A stretch of DNA of 64,000 nt from Thermoplasmatota archaeon (GCA_041601615.1 JBFIHX010000003.1:192001-256000); one strand, 5' to 3'. Positions 49,984-60,750 are shown, counted from the stretch's first letter. The notes: a model not told the origin generated them from the sequence alone. Program-made: numbers and translations.

Positions 49984-51459
49984 TCACGCCGTGCGGACCG
50001 TGGTTTCCTTGTTCATGAATTCGACTTGGATTCTGTTGTCGAAGGCACGAAGGACGCCGTCGCGGGCACCGAGGGCCACGTCTTTGGGGACGGCGAAGGT
50101 GGAGGTGAACTCGTCAATCTGGATGTCCTGGATGACGTGGTCTTGCAGGCCGGTGTTCTTCTGCACGAGCGTGTGCAGCTTGAAGGGAGTCACGCCGAGG
50201 TTCTTACCGGCGGCAAAGCGAACGTGGACGTTGCCGTACTTGTCGGCCAGTTCGTCCCAGTCCATTTTGTGCTGGACTCGGTCCTTGCCCTTCGTGCGGG
50301 CAGGAACGGGAGCGGCCACGATGGGGCGTCCGATGAGCATCTCGATGCGCTTCAGAACCGATTTGTCGTCAAGGCCGACGAAGCTGACGGACTTACCCTT
50401 GCGCCCGGCGCGTCCCGTGCGGCCGATGCGGTGCACGTACACTTCGGGTTCCTTGTCGGGCATGTCCCAGTTGATGACGTGGGTGATGCGGTCGATGTCG
50501 AGGCCGCGAGCGGCGACGTCCGTGGCGACGAGGATCTTGACCTTGCCTGCGTCGAAGTCTTCCAGGACGCGTTCGCGCTTGTTCTGGGGAAGATCGCCGT
50601 GCAGAGCGGAGGCGGCGTAGTCCCAGCGGCGCAGGTCCTCCACGAGGCGGTCGCACATCATTTTCGTGGCGCAGAAGATGATCATCAAGTCGATTTCTTC
50701 GGCCGGATCGTCCATGAGTCGGGTCAGGGCCCAGTGCTTGTTGCGGCGACCGACTTGGAAGTAGACCTGGTCAATTTGGGGCACCGTCAACTCGTCTGCG
50801 CTGACGCGGACGGTCTTCGGTTGAATCAGGAAGCGGCGGCTGAGGCTCTTGATTTCCTCAGGCATGGTGGCCGAGTACAGGAGCGTCTGGCGGTCGCGCT
50901 TGTGCGGCAATCGCTTCAGAATCCACTCCATGTCGTCAATGAAGCCCATGTCCAGCATGCGGTCGGCTTCGTCGAGAACCACGTACTTGCACTGGGAAAG
51001 ATCGAGGTTGCCGCGCTCCATGTGGTCCATGATGCGGCCGGGGGTGCCGACGATCATGTGCACGCCGTCGCGGAACGCCTTCTCTTGGGGTTCGTAGGCA
51101 GTTCCACCGTAAATGGCGGCGATCTTGAAGTCGCGGCCCTCGGCGAGGCGCTGCATCTCTTCGTAGATCTGGAACGCCAACTCGCGCGTCGGCGCCAAGA
51201 CAAGGCCCTGGACGTGGTGCGCCTCGGGCTTGTAGTTCTCAACGAACGGAATGCCGAACGCGGCGGTCTTGCCGGTGCCGGTGCGGGCTTGGCCGATGAT
51301 GTCCTTGCCTTTCAGGGCAAGCGGAATCGTGTTTTCCTGAATCGGCGTCGGATGCTCGAAACCCATCTTGTCGAGTGCCGCAAGGGTCGTCTCGGAGAGT
51401 TTCAGGTCGGCGAACGTCGCCTTCAGGTCCACGGGGGGTTGAACGGGGTCTTTGCTCAT
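49984..51459 (-). CDS. DEAD-box RNA helicase with DbpA-like C-terminal domain
   Basis: Q motif, TGTGKT, PTRELA, TPGR, DEAD, SAT, ARGLD, HRIGRTGR. Confidence 0.96.
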   Translation of the reverse strand: MSKDPVQPPVDLKATFADLKLSETTLAALDKMGFEHPTPIQENTIPLALKGKDIIGQARTGTGKTAAFGIPFVENYKPEAHHVQGLVLAPTRELAFQIYEEMQRLAEGRDFKIAAIYGGTAYEPQEKAFRDGVHMIVGTPGRIMDHMERGNLDLSQCKYVVLDEADRMLDMGFIDDMEWILKRLPHKRDRQTLLYSATMPEEIKSLSRRFLIQPKTVRVSADELTVPQIDQVYFQVGRRNKHWALTRLMDDPAEEIDLMIIFCATKMMCDRLVEDLRRWDYAASALHGDLPQNKRERVLEDFDAGKVKILVATDVAARGLDIDRITHVINWDMPDKEPEVYVHRIGRTGRAGRKGKSVSFVGLDDKSVLKRIEMLIGRPIVAAPVPARTKGKDRVQHKMDWDELADKYGNVHVRFAAGKNLGVTPFKLHTLVQKNTGLQDHVIQDIQIDEFTSTFAVPKDVALGARDGVLRAFDNRIQVEFMNKETTVRTA

Positions 51460-51603
51460 GCGATCACTGCCGCGTCCATCCCTCTGGCCAAACGAGTTGT
51501 TGCTGGCCTTCAAGCCCCACGCGACGGGGGTTACGTTGGCTGCGGCACTGGTTCGGGGGTTATGAAGGGGTGGGTTGGACCCAGCGGCCGGTGTCAAAAT
51601 CCG

Positions 51604-52740
51604 TCACGGCCCCCCGCCTCCTTCTGCAAACACCCGTCGCAGGGGCAGCGGCCCGCCGAGTCCGGATCCCTTGAGTTCTTCGGCGGGATTGATGAGGTCG
51701 ACGCCGTTGATGGAGCCGTAGAATCGACACAAGACTTCCCAGTACCACCAGGGGTCCATTGCTTCGAAGCCGGTGTGGGCGCCCCAGTTGGTGACTAGGA
51801 CTTGGATGTTTTCGCGGTCGCGGGCGTAGCGTTCCATGCGCCGGGCGTGTCGTACTGGGACCACGGGGTCGTTGGTGGCGTGCACGAGGAGGATTGGGAC
51901 GTGCATGTCGGGAACACGGATTTTGGGGTTGGCGCGACTGGCCAATTCTTCGAAGCCTTCGAGGCCGTTGACGCGGGCGGCGTCGTCCATGTACTCCAGG
52001 AAGCTCTCGTAGCCGCCCATGCTACGGTAGCGAAGCATGCGCCGGAAGCCTTGCCATTGGGGCATGAACGGGTGGCCGCGTGGAGGCCTGGCGCTGATGT
52101 ACTGCACGGCGTCGCGCACGTCTACGAAGGCGCTCCAGCAAGCAACACCGCCGTCTAGTGCTTGGATGCCTTCTTCGTGATCGAGTGCGGAGGCGTTGAG
52201 TGCGGCGGCTCCTCCGAGGCTTTCGGCGAGCACCGCGACTCGCTCAACGTTGGTGTGTGTTCGAAGGTACTTTGCGGCGGCTTCCACATCGTAAGCCTCC
52301 TTCCAGCCACCGGTGCCGATGCCTCGAGATTCGCCAAAGGCACGTTGGTCGATGATGACCACGGGCACTTTCCAGGCTTTCCAGGCGCGCAGAGCCCGGC
52401 GTTTGTGGACTGTGTCGTCCTTGGTGGAGAACATGCCGGGGACGATCACGAGGCCGAAGCCGGGCGGCGGAGGCGTTGATGGAGAACCGGCGTCTTCGGG
52501 GGTGGGGGCGTGGGCAGGTCCGAACCAGGCGGCGATGTGTACGCCGTCGCGGGTGCGCAGCCAGACGTGTCGAAACGGTTTGGGATACGGATTGACCTTG
52601 CGAAAGAAGCGGGCGGTTTCGGGTCGAGCATGGCCGACGAGGTCCAGTCCGCGTTTGAGCCGGAAGGCCCAATTGCGTGGGTGGGCGCGGGCGACGGGAT
52701 TCTGGGGCAGCCGCTCTAGGTCACGACGCAATGCACGCAT
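51604..52740 (-). CDS. Alpha/beta hydrolase (YheT-like)
   Basis: DQRAFGES, AESLGG nucleophile, NDPVVP, GAHTG. Confidence 0.85.
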   Translation of the reverse strand: MRALRRDLERLPQNPVARAHPRNWAFRLKRGLDLVGHARPETARFFRKVNPYPKPFRHVWLRTRDGVHIAAWFGPAHAPTPEDAGSPSTPPPPGFGLVIVPGMFSTKDDTVHKRRALRAWKAWKVPVVIIDQRAFGESRGIGTGGWKEAYDVEAAAKYLRTHTNVERVAVLAESLGGAAALNASALDHEEGIQALDGGVACWSAFVDVRDAVQYISARPPRGHPFMPQWQGFRRMLRYRSMGGYESFLEYMDDAARVNGLEGFEELASRANPKIRVPDMHVPILLVHATNDPVVPVRHARRMERYARDRENIQVLVTNWGAHTGFEAMDPWWYWEVLCRFYGSINGVDLINPAEELKGSGLGGPLPLRRVFAEGGGGP

Positions 52741-52905
52741 GGGTCCAATTTTGCTGCCCGGCAACGGCCCAGATTCGAGCGCCGGGCCGATAAGCACATC
52801 GGTGTGCCGATTTGGGAACGAGGTCGGCGGGCCGCCGGTTTGCCTGTTGGTGGATGTGGTTGGTTCGCGGATTGATTGGATGGCTGGTCGGGTGGAGCCC
52901 GGGGG

Positions 52906-53493
52906 CTACAGCGGTTGCCGGCGGGCGATGCGGATGGCGGCGTCCGTGTGGCGGCTTCCCGTGACGGCGGCGGAAGGAGTGCTGGCAAATTCGGGAACCA
53001 TCAGAACGGGCAGGTCTGGATCCGCTTCCCGTAACGCATGCCGCAGCGCCCGGCCAACATCCGGTGCACCGTCGCCGATGTGTACAGACTCGCTGCGTGC
53101 TTCGAGCCCCGTGCGCCATGCCGAGAGGCGCCGGACGGTTCCTTCGATGCTGTGTTCTTCGGCAACCCACAGGGGCATATCGTCCGCAACGACCGCCAGC
53201 CCCATGGTTTCGCCGGGGTCGATGCCGTACACCACATGCCGGTACTCTGAGCCGCGTGGATCGAGTGCTTGCGCCACGGCCAGGAGCGTGGCTTCGCGGT
53301 CGGGCAGCACGGCGACGGTGCGTGGGTCGCCCTCGGGGCCTCCTAGAAGCACCTGGACGACGGCAGGAATTTCCTCTCCCGGAGTCAAGCCCAACAGTGT
53401 TACGCCGACGCTCTCAAAGAAAGGAGCTAGATCGTGGTAGAGCCGAAAATCATCGGTGACGAGGGCCACGGGGCGGTTGCGGCGTTCGCCCAT
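52906..53493 (-). CDS. RNase H-fold (YqgF/RuvC-like) protein
   Basis: YGIDPGETMGLA, IGDG, VPEFAST, HTDAAIRIA. Confidence 0.75.
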   Translation of the reverse strand: MGERRNRPVALVTDDFRLYHDLAPFFESVGVTLLGLTPGEEIPAVVQVLLGGPEGDPRTVAVLPDREATLLAVAQALDPRGSEYRHVVYGIDPGETMGLAVVADDMPLWVAEEHSIEGTVRRLSAWRTGLEARSESVHIGDGAPDVGRALRHALREADPDLPVLMVPEFASTPSAAVTGSRHTDAAIRIARRQPL

Positions 53494-53632
53494 GAAGCCG
53501 GTCAACGCGCCGCAAGGAACGGAGGATTTGAAAGGCGCACCGGGAGCCCGACCTGATGGGTTGGGTGGGTGGCCTTAGGGAATTTCGAAGTAATTTCATC
53601 GATATTAAGCAAGGAAGCCGCAATCTCGTGGT

Positions 53633-53860
53633 ATGAGGACTCTACTCTTCAGCGCGTTGGCAGTGTTGCTGCTTATCGCACCAGGCGTCACGGCAAGCCC
53701 CGTACACACGGATTCGGAGGACACGTCGGGGGCGTGTGTGATCACCATTGCGATGGCCGAACTGTCGCTTGTTTGTGTCGGCAGTGACCGCGCGTGTGTG
53801 GCTGGCGGCCGGACCTGGTGGTTGCTTACCCGCGATGGCACCGGTTGCGTCTCATTGTAG
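53633..53860 (+). CDS. Small secreted Cys-containing protein
   Basis: Signal peptide ending VTA-SP; four Cys in a ~53-aa mature region. Confidence 0.55.
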   Translation: MRTLLFSALAVLLLIAPGVTASPVHTDSEDTSGACVITIAMAELSLVCVGSDRACVAGGRTWWLLTRDGTGCVSL

Positions 53861-53899
53861 CCGGACAGTTTCAAGTCCCCTCTTTTCCTTCCTCCTCTG

Positions 53900-55108
53900 A
53901 TGAGCCTCCGTATTGACAGCCCCCACGTCGCCGAGCGTGTCCAAGCGTTTCCCGAGTCGGTCATTCGATCCATGAGCATTGTCGCGGCGCGCCATAACGC
54001 CATCAACCTTGGCCAGGGCTTTCCCGACTTCGACCCGCCGCAAGCCGTGATGGACGCGGCCAAGCAAGCGATCGACGACGGCTTCAACCAGTACGCAGTA
54101 ACATGGGGTGCTCCCCCGCTGCGTGAGGCTCTGGCCCGCAAGCTTGCCGATTTCAACCGCATCGAAGCAGACCCCGAGCACAACATCGTCGTCACCTGCG
54201 GCGCCACGGAAGCGATGATGGCCACCATGCTTGCCACCATCAACCCCGGCGAGAAAGTGGTCCTGTTCGAGCCATTCTACGAAAATTTTGGCCCCGACGC
54301 AGTCGTCAGCGGCGCAAGCCCCCTGTACGTCCCGCTCGACGCGCCCACCTTCCAGCCGGACGAAGAAGCGATGAAGGCGCAGTTTGCGGCCAAACCGAAG
54401 GCCGTCATCGTCAACACCCCCGGCAACCCCACGGGACGCATCTTCACCGACGATACGCTGCGTCTCATCGCGGACCTTTGCACGGACCACGACACCCTCG
54501 CCGTCACGGACGAAATCTACGAACACATGGTCTACGACGGCAAGCACCACACCAGCCTTGCCACCGTCGGCGACATGCACGCGCGCACCATCACCATCGG
54601 CGGCTTCAGCAAAACCTACAGTGTCACTGGCTGGCGCCTCGCCTACACCGCCGCCCCTCGGCTCGTCACATCCGCCATCAAGCGCGTGCACGACTTTTTG
54701 ACCGTGGGCGCAGCACACCCTCTGCAAATCGCTGCCGTCACGGCCCTTGGCCTGCCACAGAGCTACTACACGGACTTGCGCGACTCGTACCAATCCAAGC
54801 GCGACATCCTGCTAGGCGCCCTCGAAAAAGCCAGTTTCAAGTGCCACCGGCCCGACTCCGCGTACTACATTCTTGCCGACTTCACGGCACTTGCGCCCGA
54901 CATGGACGACACCGAATTCAGCATGTGGCTGACCAAGGAAGTAGGAGTTACTTGCATCCCGGGCTCCTCCTTCTTTGCCGACAAAGAACTCGGTCGAAAC
55001 CTCGTGCGTTTTGCCTATCCAAAGAAAAAGGAGACGCTGCTGGCTGCTGCTGCTCGGTTGGAGACGGTGCGGGCGAAGGCAGAGGCGCGGAACAAGGCGC
55101 TTGTGTAG
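53900..55108 (+). CDS. PLP-dependent class I/II aminotransferase
   Basis: INLGQGFPDF, NTPGNPTG, DEIYEH, SKTYSVTGWRL. Confidence 0.95.
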   Translation: MSLRIDSPHVAERVQAFPESVIRSMSIVAARHNAINLGQGFPDFDPPQAVMDAAKQAIDDGFNQYAVTWGAPPLREALARKLADFNRIEADPEHNIVVTCGATEAMMATMLATINPGEKVVLFEPFYENFGPDAVVSGASPLYVPLDAPTFQPDEEAMKAQFAAKPKAVIVNTPGNPTGRIFTDDTLRLIADLCTDHDTLAVTDEIYEHMVYDGKHHTSLATVGDMHARTITIGGFSKTYSVTGWRLAYTAAPRLVTSAIKRVHDFLTVGAAHPLQIAAVTALGLPQSYYTDLRDSYQSKRDILLGALEKASFKCHRPDSAYYILADFTALAPDMDDTEFSMWLTKEVGVTCIPGSSFFADKELGRNLVRFAYPKKKETLLAAAARLETVRAKAEARNKALV

Positions 55109-55182
55109 CCACGGGGGCCCGATTCATGGAGAGCCCTGTCTCAATCAAGGGGTGAAAAGGAGAAGAAAACCGGCGCAGGCAC

Positions 55183-56337
55183 TCAGGGCAACCCGGTCAC
55201 CGGCACCGGGTACGGCACAATCTGTCCGTCGGCAGGGGTGCCGACGAGGGTGGCGCGGGTGCCGGCCATCAATGCGCCCATGGTGTTGGCAATACGGGGC
55301 GGGTCGATGAGGATGATGTGGGTGTTGATGCCGGCGGCCTCTCCGAGTGCGGTGTTGCTGCCGCTGCCTGAGTCGCCGGGGCTGATGGCGCCGTAGAAGG
55401 CGTAGTATCTGTCGTCCCAGAATTGGTCGATGCCGGCGCGGGGGGTGCCGCCGGTACCAAGTCCGAGGCCGTGGCCGTAGTGGACGATGCCTTGCACGTA
55501 GGAGGGGTCGGGGTCGATGGTGGGGAGAATGCTGCCACTGAGGCTCATGGTGACCAAGGCGCCTTCTTCTTCGTAGACGCCGCGCGGGCCGCCCCAGAAG
55601 CACATGGTGGGACTGGTGATGTCCTGGGCGTGGTCGTAAATCTGGATGAGCGCCCAGTCGCGGCCGATGCCGCCGTCGCCGGTGGTCTGGGCGGTCTTGC
55701 CGAATTCATAGAGCACGACGCCAAGCAACCCGTCGTCTTCTGCGAGGGCCGCGACGGCGATCATCGGTTCGTTGCGTCGCTCGGTGCAGTGGCCGGCGGT
55801 GCTGATCTTGTAGCTGCCAGGGTTGCCGTAGACGTGGGCCATGCTGCAAATGGCGCCGTCCCCGGTGAGCAGGAAGGAGCCGGGTCGGATGCCGAGGCAG
55901 CCGGTGCCGGCCCAGGTCATGACGGCGTCGCTGTCGTTGGCGCCGACGGGCATGCTGCCGGGCAAGCCGTTGGTGGCCATGTCGCCAGAGAGTCGCACTT
56001 GCTCCATGCGGCCGTCTTCCCAGACAATCGTCGGGGTGCTAAAGTCGCTGTTCTGCACCACTTCACGACTGGGGATGCCCATGCGGGCCCGTTGGTCGTC
56101 CGTGGGAACGAACTTCATGGGCACGACGGCACCTTGTCCGTGGGCTTCCCAGAGTTCCGCGTACTATTCTTGAAACAGGGACTCCTTGCAGTCGGGACTG
56201 ATGTCGAAGGAGCGCAGTTCGATGGTGCGCGTGGAGTCCTGTTCGAGGTGGATGCTGCCGGGAATCAGGAGCGCTGTGACCACCGCAAGGGCTGCCAGGG
56301 TGCGAAGAGGTCTCGTGGATGAGGCTAAGAATGTCAT
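55183..56337 (-). pseudogene. Secreted trypsin-like protease interrupted by one in-frame TAG (56164-56166)
   Basis: Signal peptide ORF MTFLASS...SLFQE* continues in frame (YAELWEAHGQGAVVPMK) into a domain with TAGHC, DWALI, GDSGS. Confidence 0.75.
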
Positions 56338-56505
56338 CAAGGGTAGAACCAGGTATCCAACTTGAGTGGGCCGCAAGGGAACCGACCTATCGAAAAACGA
56401 GGCGGCCAACGGGAAAAATGGCGACCGCTTGCGTACTTGACGCGCACAGAACCACAGCTTGGGCCACGGACTCAGTTTTTGAGTTCCAGGTCTCATCGAA
56501 GGCCC

Positions 56506-57585
56506 ATGCGTGTGTTGTCGGCCCTGTGCCTGCTCCTGCTTTTGCCCTCCGTCGGTGCCCAAGGCATCTTCCCCACGGACATCCTTGTTGCAGCCCCCGC
56601 CAACAGCACCGTGGTCTATGAGGCCACAGACGCGGCACCCCCGGCAGACGCACAGAAAGTGTACCTTGCCACAAGCACCCTCGCTGCCAGCTTCACCACC
56701 CAGTGGGACTACTTTGTCTCGGAGGCGTTCGTGGCCAGCGGCGCACTGTCTTTGACGTTCTACATCAGCTGCGACCTGGAGACCGTCATGCGCCCCGGCG
56801 TGGACAACCCGGCCAACCCCGTCGCCACCGCCCGCGGCCTTCTTGCCAAGGACGGCACGGTCCTCGGTCAAGCCAACCTGTTTTCCATCCGCACCTGCGA
56901 CGGACCCGACGACGTGTGGGAAGCGGTCTTTCAGGTCGACGGTGCCGACACCGCCTTCGCCCCCGGCAACGTCCTGAACCTCCAACTCATCATCTGGGGC
57001 CCCAACGGAGCGCCCGGAACCGGCCTGGAGAACTTCTTCATCTACGCCGGCGGCGCCTACCCCAGCGGCCTCACTGGCGCCAGCCTCCCCGGTGGTGCCA
57101 TCGTCGTGGCCGGCCCCGAGATCGTCCATGGAAACCTCACCGGCCCCGAGGCCACCATCGAACACGACTGGGCCACGAGCCGCAACACCATCTTCGCATA
57201 CAACTGGACGGCACCCGAGGGCAACGTCAGCGTGGACCTTGCGGTGGCACCCGCCCAGGGCAACGTCACCGTGACGATCCTGGACGCCGCCGGCACAGAA
57301 CTGCACAACGCCACCTTCGGCGCGGCCACGAACGAGACCCTGTCGCTCGCCGGCGGCAACTGGACCCTGCGCGTCGCGTACGACGACTTCGTCGGCACCT
57401 TCCGGCTCTTTGCCGACGCGATGCCCGAGATGGTCCCCGTGACTCCGCCCCCTGTAGGCAACGAGACCACGCCGCCGCCCGCAGATAACAACGGCACCGC
57501 CACGGACAACGGAGCGCCCGGTTTGCCCGTCGTGCTGCTGATGGCGGCGATGGCCGGGGTCGCGGTGCGGCGAAGGCGCAACTAG
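56506..57585 (+). CDS. Exported protein with PGF-CTERM-like tail
   Basis: Signal peptide, many NxT sequons, Pro/Thr linker, GAPGLP, TM helix, RRRR. Confidence 0.8.
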   Translation: MRVLSALCLLLLLPSVGAQGIFPTDILVAAPANSTVVYEATDAAPPADAQKVYLATSTLAASFTTQWDYFVSEAFVASGALSLTFYISCDLETVMRPGVDNPANPVATARGLLAKDGTVLGQANLFSIRTCDGPDDVWEAVFQVDGADTAFAPGNVLNLQLIIWGPNGAPGTGLENFFIYAGGAYPSGLTGASLPGGAIVVAGPEIVHGNLTGPEATIEHDWATSRNTIFAYNWTAPEGNVSVDLAVAPAQGNVTVTILDAAGTELHNATFGAATNETLSLAGGNWTLRVAYDDFVGTFRLFADAMPEMVPVTPPPVGNETTPPPADNNGTATDNGAPGLPVVLLMAAMAGVAVRRRRN

Positions 57586-57641
57586 CAAAATCTGCGAATC
57601 GAATCAACAAGGAGAGAGTGGGAAAAAGGGAATCCTGCGTC

Positions 57642-60095
57642 TTAGCTGACGGTCGCGACCAACCCAACCGTCTCGCTGCCCGAGTAGCCGTACACGCCGA
57701 TGTACACCCAGCCCGTGGAAGCCGCAGTGTGGCTGCACGACTCGGTGCTGCCGCTGGCGTAGGGCCGGCAGTCGTAGCTGCCCGTGGTCGGCTTGGAGCC
57801 GGTCTTGACGTACAAGTCGGAGTCGGCAGCACATCCAAGCAAGCCACAGGAGGGGCCCGTCATGTCGACTTGCACGGAGTCGCCGGCGATGGCGCAGATT
57901 TTGCGGTAGACGAACTGGCCGGCGGTGGTCGAAATCGATTCCGAGGAGCCGCTGGTCATGGTGGGCACGCTCGCGTCACCGCCGCTGCAACTGGCAGGGG
58001 GCGGCGAGGAGACCGTGACACTGGCGGTTGCGGAGTCGCTGAGGCTGCCGTCCGAGACCGTGAGGGTCACGGTGTAGGTGCCGGCGCTGCTGTAGGTGTG
58101 ACTTGCGGTGGCGCCACTGGCGCTGCTGCCGTCGCCAAAGGTCCAACTGTAGGTTAGGGTGTTTCCGTCGGGGTCGCTGCTGGCGCCGCCGTTCACGTTC
58201 GTGGTTAGGCCCGATTCACTGTGGGTGAAGCTGGCGGTCGGGGCGCGGTTGGCGGGGGGCGTTCCGGCGCCGTTGTGGTCCACAGTCAGCGTGAATGAGC
58301 CACTGCCGCTGTAGCCGTAGAGGCCGATGAGGACCCACTGGGCGGTGGCAGCCAGAGTGCAGGACTCGTCGCCACCGTTGGACTCGGACGAACAATCGTT
58401 GACGCTGGTGGTCGGCTTGGCGCCCTTGCGAAGGTACAGGTCCACGTCCTGGGCGCAACTGAAGAGGCTGCAGTTGTCGTCGTCGGTCGTCACTGTCAGG
58501 CTGCTTGCGTCGCTGGGGACACAGATCTTGCGGTACACCCAGTTGCCGCTGGAGACGCTGAGGGTCTCGGTGCTGCCGTCGGTGCTGGCGGTGACGCCGG
58601 GTTCGGGGTCGGTGCCGCAGCCACTGCCGCCGCCTCCGCCACCGCTCACGGTGACACTGTCCGAGTCCGTGTCGCTGCCGCCGTTGCCATCGGAAACGGT
58701 GAGCGTCACGGTGTAGGTGCCGCTGCTGCTGTAGGTGTGCGAGGCGGTAACTCCGCTGGCACTGCTGCCGTCGCCGAAGGTCCAGGAGTACGAGAGCGAG
58801 TCGCCGTCTGCGTCGCTGCTGCCAGATCCACTAACATTTACGGTGAGACCGCTGACGCTGTTGGTCATGCTGGCCACGGGTGCGGTGTTGCCGCCGCCTC
58901 CGCCGCCGCAGGTGCCGATGGCGTTCACGAGGCTGTCAATGCGCAGGAGGCCGTGGCCGTACAGGTTGTCCCAGCCGCTGGTGCCGAGGTCTTCGGCGGT
59001 GTTCTTCATGAGGTTACGAAGTTGGATGTTGGTAAGGCTGGAGTCACAGCTCAGGGCGAGCGCGAGGGCGCCAGCAACGTGGGGCGTTGCCATGCTGGTT
59101 CCACTCATGGTGGTGTAGCTGGTGTCGCTGCTGTAGGAGGTGCTGTACACGTTGCTGCCGGGAGCTACGATTTCCAGTTCGGCGCCGCCATTGGAGTAGC
59201 TGGCGCGGACCTTGCTGCTGGTGGTGGCACCCACTGCAATGGCGTTGGTGTATGCGGCCGGGTACGACACCGAACTGCTGCTGGAGTCGTTGCCGCTTGC
59301 TGCGACCACGAGGACGTTGCGAGCGTAGGCGTATTCTACGGCGCTGTCACCGCTTGCGGAGTATCCGCCGCCCCCGAGGCTCATGCTAACGATGCGCGCA
59401 CCGTCGTCGGCGGCGTCCATGATGGCGGCGTTGATGTTGGATTGGCTGCCACTGCATTGGGTTCCAAACAGGGCACTGCCAAGGACTCGGTGGTGGATGA
59501 TGCTGGCTTGGCTCATGCCGGCAACACCCTTGCCGTTGTCCGTGATGGCAGCAACAGTGCCGCTCACGTGGGTTCCGTGGCCACAGTCATCGTTGGGGTT
59601 GTTGTTGCCGTTGACGTAGTTGTAGCCGCCAATGTAGTTGGCCGCGAGGTCTTCGTGCGTGGCGCGGATGCCCGAATCCAGAACGGCGACTTTGATGCTG
59701 CTGCTTCCGTATCCAACGGTGCCCCATGCGGCGGGTGCGCCCATTTGGGCGGGGCCGTACTGGGAGCTGTATCCAGGGTCGTTGGGGACGACGAAGGCGG
59801 AAAGCACCTGGTCGTCCTCGATGTAAGCGATGCCGGGCCAACCGGCGAGGGCGGCGCGAACGTCACGAAGGTCGTCAGCCGCGACGACGATGTAGTCGAT
59901 GCGCGGTTCCACGTTCAGCACTGGCAGGCCGGCGAGGGCGGCGCCCGGTTCCACGGCGGGCAGATAGCCTGGTTCGAAGCCGATGATGGCTTGACCAAGG
60001 CTCGTGGGTTCTGCCGGGGGTGCCGCCGTGACGGTGCTGATGCCCGTCAAGGGGACCAGGACAAGTAAGAGTGCTAGCGGAAGCGCCGTTCGCAT
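57642..60095 (-). CDS. Secreted S8 subtilase with alternating PKD and PPC domains
   Basis: VLDSG, HGTHVSG, GTSMATPH; two WTFGDG PKD domains; two DLY...KPT PPC domains. Confidence 0.96.
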   Translation of the reverse strand: MRTALPLALLLVLVPLTGISTVTAAPPAEPTSLGQAIIGFEPGYLPAVEPGAALAGLPVLNVEPRIDYIVVAADDLRDVRAALAGWPGIAYIEDDQVLSAFVVPNDPGYSSQYGPAQMGAPAAWGTVGYGSSSIKVAVLDSGIRATHEDLAANYIGGYNYVNGNNNPNDDCGHGTHVSGTVAAITDNGKGVAGMSQASIIHHRVLGSALFGTQCSGSQSNINAAIMDAADDGARIVSMSLGGGGYSASGDSAVEYAYARNVLVVAASGNDSSSSSVSYPAAYTNAIAVGATTSSKVRASYSNGGAELEIVAPGSNVYSTSYSSDTSYTTMSGTSMATPHVAGALALALSCDSSLTNIQLRNLMKNTAEDLGTSGWDNLYGHGLLRIDSLVNAIGTCGGGGGGNTAPVASMTNSVSGLTVNVSGSGSSDADGDSLSYSWTFGDGSSASGVTASHTYSSSGTYTVTLTVSDGNGGSDTDSDSVTVSGGGGGGSGCGTDPEPGVTASTDGSTETLSVSSGNWVYRKICVPSDASSLTVTTDDDNCSLFSCAQDVDLYLRKGAKPTTSVNDCSSESNGGDESCTLAATAQWVLIGLYGYSGSGSFTLTVDHNGAGTPPANRAPTASFTHSESGLTTNVNGGASSDPDGNTLTYSWTFGDGSSASGATASHTYSSAGTYTVTLTVSDGSLSDSATASVTVSSPPPASCSGGDASVPTMTSGSSESISTTAGQFVYRKICAIAGDSVQVDMTGPSCGLLGCAADSDLYVKTGSKPTTGSYDCRPYASGSTESCSHTAASTGWVYIGVYGYSGSETVGLVATVS

Positions 60096-60392
60096 GGCAC
60101 TACGCACACCGCAGTGGGTACTTGGGGCCTTGGCGGCGGTTCCCTATCATCCATAGTGCATGAAAGTGGGAAAAACAGGTTGGCACATTGGCGCACAGTT
60201 AATGTACCGTACATCACTACTACGGATTTCGTAGAATGGCGATCAACAGTATTGCGCGGGCAACTCTGCAAGGAAGTGAGAGGTGCAACGGAAGGAACAA
60301 ACTCGAAATGGGGGTTGAATACAGCGACCCCAAAAGGGTGCGATCGTTTTGGGCAGCACTCGCTGCGCTCGGCCACTCGGGGCGATGCCCAT

Positions 60393-60746
60393 TCAAAGCA
60401 GAGACAAATGCCCAGTAACCTTGTCTAAGGTCAACTCGTCCCCGGGCCCTATCCCCAAAACGGTAACCGTCCCGGCTGGTATCTCGGTGTGCCCGGCGTC
60501 CTTGATGAGCGACGTGCTGAGCCCTGCGCGTTCGGCGGCGACTTTCAAGGGATAGAAGTCCTTCTCGCCGTTGACTTTCAGGACGGTCTTTTTTTGGCCA
60601 AGTTTGTGCCAGTCGTCGAAGGCGCGTTTGTCGTATTTTTGGGCCTTGAGGGCGCAGTCGACGGCGGCGTGGGCGACTTGCGCGGCAAGTTTGCCTTTGC
60701 TGAGTTTGAGGTCGTTGCGGGTGACGATGACCATCTTGTGGGCCAT
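60393..60746 (-). CDS. pth2: Peptidyl-tRNA hydrolase 2
   Basis: KMVIVTRNDL, GKLAAQVAHA, DAGHTEI, LGIGP. Confidence 0.97.
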   Translation of the reverse strand: MAHKMVIVTRNDLKLSKGKLAAQVAHAAVDCALKAQKYDKRAFDDWHKLGQKKTVLKVNGEKDFYPLKVAAERAGLSTSLIKDAGHTEIPAGTVTVLGIGPGDELTLDKVTGHLSLL

Positions 60747-60750
60747 GCTG

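Noticed and set aside
52741-52905. Several short inverted repeats suggesting an ncRNA
   Set aside because: Stems of about 5 bp are expected at this GC content, and no recognisable RNA family.
58050-58860. Internal DNA repeat in the S8 gene
   Set aside because: Explained by the two PKD domains.
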